Positions 54,657 through 64,000 of a stretch of 64,000 nucleotides of DNA are shown here, in pieces. The notes under the pieces are model-generated. The model saw only the letters and a list, made by a program, of their open reading frames with translations, had not been told where the DNA came from and did not search any database. Source of the stretch: Candidatus Aenigmatarchaeota archaeon (GTDB lineage Archaea; Aenigmatarchaeota; Aenigmatarchaeia; GW2011-AR5); contig JACPJW010000001.1 of assembly GCA_016187335.1 (NCBI GenBank), positions 480,001-544,000 of the forward strand. The letters run 5' to 3'. Made by a program: the position numbers and the translations under genes. Within the stretch, counting starts at the first letter, position 1. Every line of letters begins with the position of its first letter.

Positions 54657-56609
54657 CTACCCGGTTATCACCACGAGCGGCGCGAATATCTGCAGCGTCA
54701 CGAAAAGCGATATCACGAAAACCAGGAACGATACCCACATGATATGGCCGCGGTTGTAGTCACGCCCAATGGGGTCCTGGCCGCTTTCTATGCCGTTTAT
54801 GAATGACGAAAGTATGAAGGACGTTTCCAGCAGGTATATGCCTACGATGAGGATGAACTCAAAAGGCGTTATATTTATCTGGCTGAACTGGCTGAGCAGG
54901 TTGGGCCCGAGCGTTGGCGATATGCCCTGAAGCCTGGTCTGCAGCTGGTTCAGTATCTGGATTATAATCATCGCCATCGTGACAATGACGCCGGAAATGA
55001 ACGGCGAGAGGAAGTACGCCTGGAATTTCAATGAGCTCACTGTCTCGTTGAAGGATTCCCGGACCTCTTCCTGCGTCTGGTGTATTCCCTTGAGGTAAGC
55101 AGAAATAGAAAGCATCGCCGCGGAAACCGTCTGCACGCCCCTTTTTGCTGACTCAACCGCGACGCGCATGACTGTTTTTATCATCTTGGAAGGATAGTAG
55201 CGCGTCGCGCCGTATTCCTTGTCGAAGAACGAATCGGAAAATGTCATGCCGAGGTTTTTCATGTTCTTCAGCGCATGGATGAACAGCTGCTTTATCGTGA
55301 GGTTCTCCATTTTCTTTACTGACCGCTCCAGGGACACTTCCAAAGGAACTCCCACGGATATATGGTTTCCTATCTGGAACAAAGCTTCAGAGAATTCCTG
55401 CTCTATTGCCCTGGTCTCGTTCCTTATTTTTATGCGGATTTTTGAAAGAAGTATGTAGTAGACAGCGAACCCAAGGAAAAGCCCGCCAAGGAGCAGAACG
55501 GGCGAGAGGACGCTTGCCGTGCCCTCGACAACGTACACGGCAAAGCCAAGGTAGCTGATGACAAAGACAACCAGCAGCGCCACGGGCCACGCAGGGAAAT
55601 AATTGTTGCCATGAAGGCGGAACTTGCCTTTAGGCGGGGCCTCGGGGTTCTCGGAAATGTCTATCTTGCTGAACGTTGCGGGTCTTGTTTCAAGTATGCT
55701 GTTTATCACGAAAATAAGGATTAGCGGCAGTATTATGTCGTAGCCTATGAAAAGAAATATAGACTTGACGCCGAGGAATATGGATATTATCGGGAAAAGC
55801 ACGAGTCCGAGGATAGGCAGGATAATGCCCAGGGCATGGACAACCATCACGGGCATCTTCAGATTCTGGTTGAAGTGGCGCGCGTTCTCCCTGTTGCCGT
55901 TCAGTATGACGTTGATGGCCTCGTCAAGCATTATCAGCCTTCTCTCGCCCGGCTGCTCTAGGGAAGCTATCAGTATTTCCAGGGATTCAACGAATTCCCT
56001 GTTGTTCTCCCACTTCTTGGCGTAGTCAAGCAGCGCGTCCTGTATGTTGAGGTAGTTTCCGATTTCTACGTCCCATAGCAGCTTTCTTATTTCGTAAGAA
56101 AGGCTGCCGGTAAGGTTTTCAGAGGCGAATTTCACAGCGCCCTCAAGGTTGGGCGTGTTTCTCATGTGCATGGACATGTAAAGGATGAACGAAACGATTT
56201 CGGAGCCTGCGTCGATTTCGTATACCTTTTTCAGGTGGAATGGATAGTTGTACAGGTAGTAAACCAGGAGCATCGTCAGAAAAAGGATTATCATGCCGAT
56301 GCCGAAAGACAGCCCGTGGTACCCAGCAATATCAAGCCCGAAAACATTGACAGTGAGCAGCGCCAGCACGATAACAGAAACAAACAGCCCGATGCCCATG
56401 GGCATTGACGAAACGTCGTCCGGCGTCACCTTGAGATGGGAAAAATCAATGGCCTTTTGCAGTTTTTCGCGCGTTTTCTTGTCCGGAGAAATTTTCAGCG
56501 TTTTGCCGAAAAACCTGCATATCTTCTCGTAGAAAGTCCGCGGCAATGACGCTATTCTTTCTTCCTCGCGGAATATCCTGTACTGCCGCGACACGGGAAT
56601 GTCAGGCAT
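54657..56609 (-). CDS. Type IV pilus platform protein (TadC/PilC/T2SSF-like)
   Basis: Two T2SSF-like halves (TPNLEGAVKFA..; EFSEALFQIGNHISVGVPLE) separated by TM bundles. Confidence 0.85.
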   Translation of the reverse strand: MPDIPVSRQYRIFREEERIASLPRTFYEKICRFFGKTLKISPDKKTREKLQKAIDFSHLKVTPDDVSSMPMGIGLFVSVIVLALLTVNVFGLDIAGYHGLSFGIGMIILFLTMLLVYYLYNYPFHLKKVYEIDAGSEIVSFILYMSMHMRNTPNLEGAVKFASENLTGSLSYEIRKLLWDVEIGNYLNIQDALLDYAKKWENNREFVESLEILIASLEQPGERRLIMLDEAINVILNGNRENARHFNQNLKMPVMVVHALGIILPILGLVLFPIISIFLGVKSIFLFIGYDIILPLILIFVINSILETRPATFSKIDISENPEAPPKGKFRLHGNNYFPAWPVALLVVFVISYLGFAVYVVEGTASVLSPVLLLGGLFLGFAVYYILLSKIRIKIRNETRAIEQEFSEALFQIGNHISVGVPLEVSLERSVKKMENLTIKQLFIHALKNMKNLGMTFSDSFFDKEYGATRYYPSKMIKTVMRVAVESAKRGVQTVSAAMLSISAYLKGIHQTQEEVRESFNETVSSLKFQAYFLSPFISGVIVTMAMIIIQILNQLQTRLQGISPTLGPNLLSQFSQINITPFEFILIVGIYLLETSFILSSFINGIESGQDPIGRDYNRGHIMWVSFLVFVISLFVTLQIFAPLVVITG

Positions 56610-56684
56610 GATTATAATTGTTAAGGGCTATTAAAATAAAACGGAAGAAAGTAATTTTTTAACGTTTCACATGTTCAGTATTTC

Positions 56685-57275
56685 ATGAAAATCATCCTCG
56701 CGACGGCATCGCCTTACCGCAAGCGCGCGTTCGCCGCGCTTGGAATTCCTTTCACGGCCGAAGGAAGCGGTGTCGAAGAAGACTTTGAAGGCAGGCCCGG
56801 GAACCCCGAAGAGCTTGTTCTTGTCCTGGCAAAGAAAAAGGCAGAAGCTGTTGCCAAAAATCACAGGGAAGGGATAGTCATAGGTTTTGATTCCGTCGGC
56901 TTGTTCGAAGGAGCGGTTCTCGAAAAGCCGGAATCTGAAGAGGAGCTTTTTGAGCGTCTGAAAGACCTTTCAGGAAAAAGCCACGAGTTCATAACAGGCG
57001 TCCACATGATAAACGTTTCTTCGGGCAGATTTTTGTCAAAGGCCGTGAAGACAAAGGCTTTCTTCAGGGTTCTGAAAGACGAAGAAATAAAAAAATACAT
57101 CAGCGAAGACCCTGACTACGGCACCTTTGCCGTTGGCTACGACCCGTGGAACCACATAAGCTCCAGCTTCGCTGAGCGCATTGAAGGCAGCTATCACAAT
57201 CTCATAAGCGGGGTGCCGTTGGAAGCGATAGTGGAAATGCTTTATGAAATGGGATTCAGGTTAACCAAGAATTAA
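56685..57275 (+). CDS. maf: Maf-family nucleoside triphosphate pyrophosphatase
   Basis: IILATASPYRK, LAKKKA, IGFDSV, LEKP, LSGKSHE..TGV, IEGSYHNL.SGVP. Confidence 0.9.
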   Translation: MKIILATASPYRKRAFAALGIPFTAEGSGVEEDFEGRPGNPEELVLVLAKKKAEAVAKNHREGIVIGFDSVGLFEGAVLEKPESEEELFERLKDLSGKSHEFITGVHMINVSSGRFLSKAVKTKAFFRVLKDEEIKKYISEDPDYGTFAVGYDPWNHISSSFAERIEGSYHNLISGVPLEAIVEMLYEMGFRLTKN

Positions 57276-57652
57276 AGATGGGGCAAATAAGGGAGGTCCA
57301 TAATTGCCCTGTTAGATTCACATAAAGAGTCGAATCTGTCTAGGAACCCGCGATTTTCAGCTACCACTCGGGCAGTCTGCCTGTCGCACCAATTAGATAA
57401 TGTTTTATAAAAAACTCTTTCATCGTAGCCATGTTCTATAACAGACTCTTCCAAACGCCTTTTTAATTTGAACTGCTTTCGAATCACGTATAATGAATAA
57501 GCACATCCAGCAAGAATAACAGTAGCGCTAATTAAATTTCTGTATTGAAGAGAAGCAGCAAGGGCGCCTGCACTGAGGAGGAAAAAAGTCTCTCCTACAG
57601 GTGCTGCCCTGTAAAAATCTATTACGCCTTTGATTCTCACTCGTTCAAGCAT
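57272..57652 (-). CDS. Hypothetical AT-rich membrane protein
   Basis: ATG-started 126-aa ORF with two hydrophobic segments. Confidence 0.6.
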   Translation of the reverse strand: MLERVRIKGVIDFYRAAPVGETFFLLSAGALAASLQYRNLISATVILAGCAYSLYVIRKQFKLKRRLEESVIEHGYDERVFYKTLSNWCDRQTARVVAENRGFLDRFDSLCESNRAIMDLPYLPHL

Positions 57653-57681
57653 GATTCATTAAAACAGATAAGTTATTTAAA

Positions 57682-59901
57682 TCAAAACCTGTTCTTGAGC
57701 CAGCCCTGCCATTTCTCATAAATCAGAGCGCTGTCCAGTTCGCCTGTTTCCTCTTTTACTTCGCTGCTGATTATGTGGAACATTGAGTTGCTCTCGATGA
57801 CCGTAGGCGCTTCCAGGACCTCAGGGCCTTTTGCTTTTGAATAATCCGTGAGCGTCTTCAGTATGTTCGCGCGCAGCTGGATGTTGCTCCAGATGGAGTC
57901 CCAGTTTCCTTTCCACTCGCGGACGCGCGACGCTATGTCATTTAGAACAACGCTTTCGCCTGTCAGCAGCGTTGATGTGGGCTTCAGCACATCGTCTTTG
58001 GCAGAATACTCCAGCAGGTTGACGAATCCTCCTTCATCCGCAGGGTCGCTTTTCCAGTGCTTTCTCACTTCCGTAAGCTCAACAACCCTGCGGAACGCGT
58101 GCAGGCCGTCGGGCGACCTCAGCATGTTGGCAATGACGATGAGGTCAGTCGCCTTGAAGCTTGTAGGCGGCACGCCCAGGTCGTTAACAACCCTGTCGAA
58201 GACGCCGTAGGCGGATTCGCCATGGATAGTGCCGGCAACTACGTTTGCCAAAGCGCCGATTCTCATTGCTTCGTATAATGCCAGCGCTTCGCGCGAGCGG
58301 ACCTCGCCGACGATGAGCGCGGAATCGCCCAAGCGCAGCGCGGTACGCAGCGCTTCTTCTGCCGGCAATTCCGTTTCCACGCGCGTGATGACAGAACGGG
58401 ATTTCAGCCGCTCGATATTGTATTCAAGTGCGCGCATCTGCTCAACAGGGAGCTCCAAGGTGTCTTCAACCGTGACAATCCTGATCTTCGGCATTATCTG
58501 GACCATGCATGCGCCCAGAAAACTGCTTTTTCCGCTGCTGCGCGTGCCTGCAATCAGCATCGTCCTCGCGCCGTCAATCAGGAACCACAAAAGTCCCGCG
58601 GAGAAAGGGTCAATCATCTTGTTTTGAATGAATAATGGAAATGTCCACGGCTTGTCCCTGTGGCGTCGCAGCGCGAAGCCCAGGCCGTCAGGCGACAGCG
58701 AACGCGTTATAGCCGCGACCCTTGCGCGTCCGCCCGGTACGCTGAGTTCCGTGTCAAGAACGGGATTCGCCTCGTCCAAAGGCCGTCCGGAAAGCAGGCG
58801 GAAGCGCGTTGCCCATGACTCGGCGTCCTCCATGCTGGGAACGATGTTCGTCTCGCACTCCTCGTAAACGCCGTGAAAAACATATATGGGCGAATAGCCC
58901 ACGGGCGAATTCACGGAAATGTCCTGGATGTTCTCGTCCTCAAGGATAAGCTCTATGGTCCCCAATCCCGCCGTGTACCTTGTCAGTATGTCGGCAAGTT
59001 CCTGCAGCCTTTTTTCGGAAATTTCTATTTTATTTACCTTTGACAGATCGCGGAGCATGTCCAGCCCTATCCTGAATAAATTCTCTCTCAGCCTGTGGGG
59101 ATCCTGCAGTTCAACCTCTCTCGGCTCGTGCCTGCCTATGTATCGCCGTGCATTGTCCAGCAATGTATACTCTTCCTCGGCCAGTCGGAATTCCGGCGGA
59201 ATGAGATGGTAAAGTTTGCGCGTTTTTCCATGCATCTGGTATATCTCGACAATGCTGTCGCCGACAGCATAGCGCTCAACCAGTTCGGCGTCAGCAGGCG
59301 GCAGCGTCATGTAGTGCGTATACATGAAGTTCGGCCGCACGGTGGGGTGGAAAAACTTTCTGTACAATGAGCGGTTCTTGTGTTCCGCTAAGTGCGGCTT
59401 CGCTTTCTGGATCAGCAGGCAGCTGTCCAGCAGTTTCTCTATGGGAAGCAGTGCGCTGTTAAGGTAGTGCTGCAGGCAGCTGCGCTTCAGGTCGTCGTAT
59501 TCCCGCTGCGCCCTCACGCTTGTGTGCCTGATCTCCCTCAGCAGTTGCTTGTAGGCTTCTATGGGGTCGTAGCGCATCTCGGCAACAAATTTCTGCAGGA
59601 ACTCGTAGCGCGGCGCCGCGTCGTCCTCGCACCCCCGTATGACGACGTTCTTGATGCTTATTACTTCCTTCATGGTGCGTTCCAGCGCCAGGGCAATTTC
59701 CAGCAGCATCTTGGATTCGCTGAAGTCGTATTCATGCTCCCGCGTGTCCGCAAGAACAATCCTGACTGATTTTTTTATCTCCATGAGCTTGTCTATTGTC
59801 GCGGCCATCCATACCGGATAGTCCTCTATGCTGGCGCCGTAAACGCTCTTCAGGACGTTCATCCTTATGCGCTGGTTCTCCTCGTCATATTCATACGCCA
59901 T
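57682..59901 (-). CDS. Type II/IV secretion (PilB/CpaF/VirB11-like) ATPase with long N-terminal extension
   Basis: QDISVN, Walker A GTRSSGKSS, VEDTLEL, Walker B LIVGEVR, GTIHG. Confidence 0.93.
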   Translation of the reverse strand: MAYEYDEENQRIRMNVLKSVYGASIEDYPVWMAATIDKLMEIKKSVRIVLADTREHEYDFSESKMLLEIALALERTMKEVISIKNVVIRGCEDDAAPRYEFLQKFVAEMRYDPIEAYKQLLREIRHTSVRAQREYDDLKRSCLQHYLNSALLPIEKLLDSCLLIQKAKPHLAEHKNRSLYRKFFHPTVRPNFMYTHYMTLPPADAELVERYAVGDSIVEIYQMHGKTRKLYHLIPPEFRLAEEEYTLLDNARRYIGRHEPREVELQDPHRLRENLFRIGLDMLRDLSKVNKIEISEKRLQELADILTRYTAGLGTIELILEDENIQDISVNSPVGYSPIYVFHGVYEECETNIVPSMEDAESWATRFRLLSGRPLDEANPVLDTELSVPGGRARVAAITRSLSPDGLGFALRRHRDKPWTFPLFIQNKMIDPFSAGLLWFLIDGARTMLIAGTRSSGKSSFLGACMVQIMPKIRIVTVEDTLELPVEQMRALEYNIERLKSRSVITRVETELPAEEALRTALRLGDSALIVGEVRSREALALYEAMRIGALANVVAGTIHGESAYGVFDRVVNDLGVPPTSFKATDLIVIANMLRSPDGLHAFRRVVELTEVRKHWKSDPADEGGFVNLLEYSAKDDVLKPTSTLLTGESVVLNDIASRVREWKGNWDSIWSNIQLRANILKTLTDYSKAKGPEVLEAPTVIESNSMFHIISSEVKEETGELDSALIYEKWQGWLKNRF

Positions 59902-59995
59902 ATGCTATAATTCTGGCCTTCGCACTATAAATTTTTCCTTCTTGGCATTAACCTTAATATACAGGGCAAAACAACAATAATTCGTAGGAGATATT

Positions 59996-60361
59996 ATGCC
60001 CAAAGAAGACATCACGCGCGTCTATTCCATCCTGCAGGAACTGGTCAGGCGCAGCACCGAGATGAACACAAGGATGCGCATGCTTGAGCAGCGCCTTGAC
60101 GGCGTCGAGTCGCGTCTGGCGTCCGTGGAGTCATCAACCATGGAAAGGACAAAGAAAACAAATACGAAGTACGTGGAGATAGATGTAACTCTAAGAAATT
60201 TAAACGACGAGATACTAAGAATAAAAAACAACCTCGAGAAAATCAACCGGCAGGTAGGCAAGTTTGCGCGCAAAAGGGATGTCCGCGAGATTGAAAAGAT
60301 GATGGAGCTCCTCGGTCCTTCCAGGTATAAGCTGCCCGTTGAGGAAGAGGTTGAAAGCTGA
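59996..60361 (+). CDS. Coiled-coil protein, divergent from the ATPase
   Basis: Heptad-rich (RMRMLEQRLDGVESRL); FARKRDVREIEKMMELLGP tail. Confidence 0.75.
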   Translation: MPKEDITRVYSILQELVRRSTEMNTRMRMLEQRLDGVESRLASVESSTMERTKKTNTKYVEIDVTLRNLNDEILRIKNNLEKINRQVGKFARKRDVREIEKMMELLGPSRYKLPVEEEVES

Positions 60362-60556
60362 ATTCCAATGCGGAAACCAGCGCTATATATAAATATAGTG
60401 AATGACATAATATTTCATACAAAATTGATGTCATTCACATATAGCACTGACAAACTATTATGTATAATAACTTTTGTCAGATGCTATAGCAGGAAAATCA
60501 AATAAGTTAAGGCAGAATATTGTCCCTGACATTCCGCTTTGGTACGAGTTGATAAA

Positions 60557-61219
60557 ATGCTGTTTTTCGGAAAAAAGAAGCAGGAAGAAAAGCTTATCCC
60601 GCCCGCAGAAGTGGAGCGGATGGCAAAAATGGGCCTGAGCGACAAGGACATAATCAAGTACCTGAAGGCGCAGGGCTATTCCTATCCGGAAATTGAGAAA
60701 GCCATGATGGCTGCAGTCAAGAAAGGGGCGACGGAAGAGCCGCAGCAATCGCAATTGCAGGCGCCTGTCCAGAAAGAAGCGGCAAAGGCGCCCGACCTGC
60801 CCGACCTGCCCGAGATAAGCAGCGAGCCCACTTTTGAAGAGGAGCTTGGCATGGGCGCCGAGCCCGAGATGGACATCAACCCGGAAGTCATTGTCGAGGA
60901 GCTCGTTGAAGGCGTTGTGAATGAGAAATGGCAGAAATTCGAGGAAAGGATGAACCGCACAGAAGACGAGCTGAACAAGCTTCACGCGGATTTGCAGCAG
61001 TCCCTGAGCAGGCTGGAATCCATAAAGCACGAGCCCCACGGCAAGGAAAGCGATGCCAAAATTCAGGAGTTGTCCGAGCAATTAGAAGAATTACAGGCGC
61101 GCGTCGGCGGCCTTGAAAAGGCCTTCAAGCAGTTCCTGCCCGCGCTGACGAAGAACATAGAATCGCTGTCGAACATGATTCACGAGATGAAGGAAAAGCG
61201 CGGCGTTGTGGAAGCTTGA
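60557..61219 (+). CDS. Acidic coiled-coil protein
   Basis: MLFFGKKK start; EELVEGVVNEKW, ARVGGLEKAFKQFLP. Confidence 0.75.
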   Translation: MLFFGKKKQEEKLIPPAEVERMAKMGLSDKDIIKYLKAQGYSYPEIEKAMMAAVKKGATEEPQQSQLQAPVQKEAAKAPDLPDLPEISSEPTFEEELGMGAEPEMDINPEVIVEELVEGVVNEKWQKFEERMNRTEDELNKLHADLQQSLSRLESIKHEPHGKESDAKIQELSEQLEELQARVGGLEKAFKQFLPALTKNIESLSNMIHEMKEKRGVVEA

Positions 61220-61256
61220 CCAAAAAATGAGACGTAGTTTTTAGCGGGTTTTTGAT

Positions 61257-61475
61257 ATGATGAAATTGAACAAGGAAACAACGCTTGCGTCAACGCTGTT
61301 TTTCCTGGGCGTTTCGGCATTGAGCCTTTTCCTGCTTTCCGTTTACCAGAGCCTGACGTTTCCTTTCGGCAACGAAACCGTCACGGGATTCCTCTCCGTG
61401 CTTTACATAGCATCCACGCTGCTGACTGGCGTGTTTTCACTGCTCGCTTTCTGGCATCATGTCAAGAGGAAGTAA
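61257..61475 (+). CDS. Small two-TM membrane protein
   Basis: Two hydrophobic helices. Confidence 0.6.
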   Translation: MMKLNKETTLASTLFFLGVSALSLFLLSVYQSLTFPFGNETVTGFLSVLYIASTLLTGVFSLLAFWHHVKRK

Positions 61476-61478
61476 GCC

Positions 61479-62372
61479 CTATTTTTTCACGCACAGTTCA
61501 TTGCTGTTTTCTTTATTCTCTGGTTTGCAATCAAGGTTGCACGCGTCTTCTTTGCAGGCTCGCTCGTTCATGAAGACAAACCATTCAGGGTTGTAGATAT
61601 TGTAGTAGTCTCCGCAACTTTTTACGTTGGAGCAAGGGACGCACTTTCCAAGCTCAGGAACGACATAGTATGCAATGCCTATTCCTGCAAGAACGACAAT
61701 TATTGCAGGACCTAACCTTTCTTCTCCCAATTGCTTCGATATGTAGCCTGATGATGCAAGCACTGCAAACTGAGGAAATCCGTTAAAGCCCAGAAAGTAG
61801 CATTTGTCCGGGGATTCCCTGTTTGACTGCTCACAGTTTTTTCTTGTTGTCAGGAAAGACGCGCACGTAACGGGTTCTTTAGGAGTGAAAGGTTTTGACT
61901 GGCTCTGTGCAGCAGCCCCTGTTATCATGTCGCTGACGTCGCTGTAAGCAACAAGGTCGTTTTCAACCGCATACTGGGCTGTCAGCATGTTGGACTTTGC
62001 AACCAGCGGCTCGCCCAGTTCTTCTGAAGCGACCGCCCCCAAATCTTCTCCCGCTTCGCATTTATCTGCAATGTAGTTTTCCCAAAGGCCTGTTTTTTCG
62101 TTTACACCGCCGCAGACCCTTACCGGGTTTTGTGCTGTGTAGCAGATGCAGTAAGGAACAGAAATCCCTCTGTACACAGCGTCTGTGCAGCTCTCTGAAG
62201 TAAGCATGTAGACTTCATTGTCGTACGCTCCTCTGTCGCATATGCCGTTTTCGTAGCCTATCAGGTTACATTCGCCCGTGCACGAGGCATCGGCTTCCTC
62301 CAGAAGAGCAGCAAATGAAACAGAAGAAAGGATGATTGTAGAAGCCAGAAAAAGAGCGAGGAATTTGCGCAT
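61479..62372 (-). CDS. Secreted Cys-rich protein
   Basis: Signal peptide MRKFLALFLA..FA; many Cys; internal hydrophobic segments. Confidence 0.7.
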   Translation of the reverse strand: MRKFLALFLASTIILSSVSFAALLEEADASCTGECNLIGYENGICDRGAYDNEVYMLTSESCTDAVYRGISVPYCICYTAQNPVRVCGGVNEKTGLWENYIADKCEAGEDLGAVASEELGEPLVAKSNMLTAQYAVENDLVAYSDVSDMITGAAAQSQSKPFTPKEPVTCASFLTTRKNCEQSNRESPDKCYFLGFNGFPQFAVLASSGYISKQLGEERLGPAIIVVLAGIGIAYYVVPELGKCVPCSNVKSCGDYYNIYNPEWFVFMNERACKEDACNLDCKPENKENSNELCVKK

Positions 62373-62407
62373 GAGTATAATTGCCGCGTCAAATATAAAT
62401 TATAATT

Positions 62408-62878
62408 TCATCCCTTCATCAAAAAGGTTATAGAAGCGCCGATGATGAGGATTACAAGGACAATGCTCCATGTGACGTCAGTGACGCGGATGCCGAAAGC
62501 CGTCCCGGCCGCGACGAAAAACACTATGATGCCCACAGCTACCAAGGCGTACTTCACGCCCCCGCCGCTCATCATCTTGGATACATCACCGCCTGTCATC
62601 GCCAGAAAAAGTATGATTACAAGAAGCCCTGCCAGGACAACCGTGCCGAAGCCGAAAAGCGTTGTGAAGAAGATTGCTATTGCCGGGCCGCCGAACCCGA
62701 CAATGAAGAATGCCAGCACAAGCGATATGGAGCCGATTATTTTCTTGTCCTCACCGAGGACTTTCGTTTTCAGCAGCGCCGCGAAGGTTACGGCAAGAAT
62801 GAACAGGAACGGCAGGAAAAAGCCGAAGAAGCCCATGGCTTCCAGGTTCGTGACAAGGATTTCAAACGGGTTCGCCAT
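62408..62878 (-). CDS. Multi-TM membrane protein, paralog 3 of a tandem set
   Basis: FFLPFLFILAVTFAALLKTKVLGEDKKI..ISLVLAFFIV. Confidence 0.8.
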   Translation of the reverse strand: MANPFEILVTNLEAMGFFGFFLPFLFILAVTFAALLKTKVLGEDKKIIGSISLVLAFFIVGFGGPAIAIFFTTLFGFGTVVLAGLLVIILFLAMTGGDVSKMMSGGGVKYALVAVGIIVFFVAAGTAFGIRVTDVTWSIVLVILIIGASITFLMKG

Positions 62879-62956
62879 GATTACCAGTTATTCTTTATCT
62901 GTCGTCCATGCTTAAATTGTTTTGCGGTAACGCACCAAAAATTTCCAAGAAAGAAA

Positions 62957-63469
62957 TTATCCGCCGGCTGCTTTTGGCGCCGGTTTTTCGCCCTCGTCCT
63001 TCCCGCTCATCACGAAGTGCGCCGCTACGAGGACGATGACAACGGCGAAAATCAGGGTTGCCGTGTCGCCGCTGAGCGTGATGCCGAGGAACCCGCCGCC
63101 GGCTGAAGCAAGGAACAGGACAACGGCTATGATTACAACAACAGCTAATGCCCATTCATTCTTGGCCCAGTAGTCTGTTATGTTTCTGCCCAGCATCGCG
63201 CCAAAGAGCAGGACAACTAAAATTCCCGCCAGGAAAACGGATGTCCCGCCGAACAGGTTGATGAAGAAAGCCGCGAGCTGCGGCCCGCCGACAGCAGTAA
63301 CGAAGAATGCAATGACAAAAGCCAGGGCCGCAGATACCTTGTCGTTCTTCTTTTCCCCGAATATGTTTAATTTGATTAACAAGCCGTAAACTATGGCGAA
63401 CGTGAATATCCATGGAAGTATGAATCCGTAGAACTCGGGTCCTAACAACTGGGGAATCTCAACAGCCAC
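62957..63469 (-). CDS. Multi-TM membrane protein, paralog 2 of a tandem set
   Basis: FILPWIFTFAIVYGLLIKLNIFGEKKNDKVSAALAFVIAFFVT. Confidence 0.8.
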   Translation of the reverse strand: MAVEIPQLLGPEFYGFILPWIFTFAIVYGLLIKLNIFGEKKNDKVSAALAFVIAFFVTAVGGPQLAAFFINLFGGTSVFLAGILVVLLFGAMLGRNITDYWAKNEWALAVVVIIAVVLFLASAGGGFLGITLSGDTATLIFAVVIVLVAAHFVMSGKDEGEKPAPKAAGG

Positions 63470-63602
63470 TTGTAATCACTTGTTATTTTATTGTTGCACT
63501 GGTTTTTATACGTTAGCATGCTTTGTTTTTCAGTCAGGGCAATTACAGCAGAATCACTGCGGACAGGGAGCGAAGCCCGTTAATCCGTCTTGATAGTATC
63601 TG

Positions 63603-64000
63603 CTATTTTGCGGGCTGCTGGTAAGCTACAATAAATACGAGGAGGGCAACCGCAATCCCCAGTATCCACAAAACGTTTGAGGAGCTCAGACCTTCCACTG
63701 GTATGTTTATCCTGTCCCAGAAAGCGCCTAGAAGTATGAGCCCTATGGCAAGCAAGGCAACAGGCGGGAACGCGTCAAAGTGCTCGCCTTCTTTCTTCGG
63801 CTTGAAGACTTCCTTCACAAAAACGAGGAAAAACAATATAACAAGCGGTATCACGAGTATCGGCAGTATGTTAAAAAGCCCTGTCCGGAAAGGCTCAAAG
63901 GACGCGGCGAAAATCCCGAAGACTAAAGCTATTGCCGCGTTGACGTTCTTAGGGAAGCCGAACATCTTTGCGTAAGAAAGAAGCCCGAAGACAATGGCGA
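63603..64000 (-). CDS. Multi-TM membrane protein, paralog 1 (runs off window end)
   Basis: IVFGLLSYAKMFGFPKNVNAAIALVFGIFA pattern; frame open to window edge. Confidence 0.7.
   Translation of the reverse strand, partial: AIVFGLLSYAKMFGFPKNVNAAIALVFGIFAASFEPFRTGLFNILPILVIPLVILFFLVFVKEVFKPKKEGEHFDAFPPVALLAIGLILLGAFWDRINIPVEGLSSSNVLWILGIAVALLVFIVAYQQPAK

Noticed and set aside
45171-59901. Archaellum operon
   Set aside because: No archaellin-like genes or ArlH/KaiC-like ATPase seen; the organisation fits a non-archaellar type IV pilus.

Overview
This is a gene-dense archaeal chromosome segment. CarS, EF-1beta, FEN1, Pth2, an archaeal-type S-layer protein, class III signal-peptide pilins and intron-rich tRNAs point to a DPANN-like lineage, possibly Aenigmarchaeota (inference). 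In order, the window holds: (1) EndoQ plus a bacterial-type thymidylate/folate cluster (glyA, thyA, orphan, folA, and a dCMP deaminase with an internal deletion and frameshift); (2) tRNA-Val and tRNA-Gly with non-canonical introns; (3) an AT-rich remnant island (Hanks-type kinase, integrase N-terminal fragment) and a nucleotidyltransferase/small-ORF islet bounded by a 33-bp duplication of the tRNA-Thr 3' end; (4) a ~20-kb cell-surface block (membrane-anchored HTH regulator, S-layer gene with a structured leader, S8 protease, 2196-aa repeat glycoprotein, PGF-pre-PGF protein, GT-C and GT2 glycosyltransferases); (5) truD, pth2 and an inositol/archaeol lipid cluster with PadR and a candidate operator; (6) a two-intron tRNA-Arg, EF-1beta and fen1; (7) a ~15-kb type IV pilus-like locus with about 12 pilin-like genes, one carrying an intact M23 (peptidoglycan-hydrolase family) domain, plus a TadC-like platform protein and an ATPase; (8) tandem multi-TM paralogs. 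A family of short dispersed palindromes recurs, and related motifs appear inside tRNA introns. All calls come from motif reading by eye; no database searches or folding programs were run.
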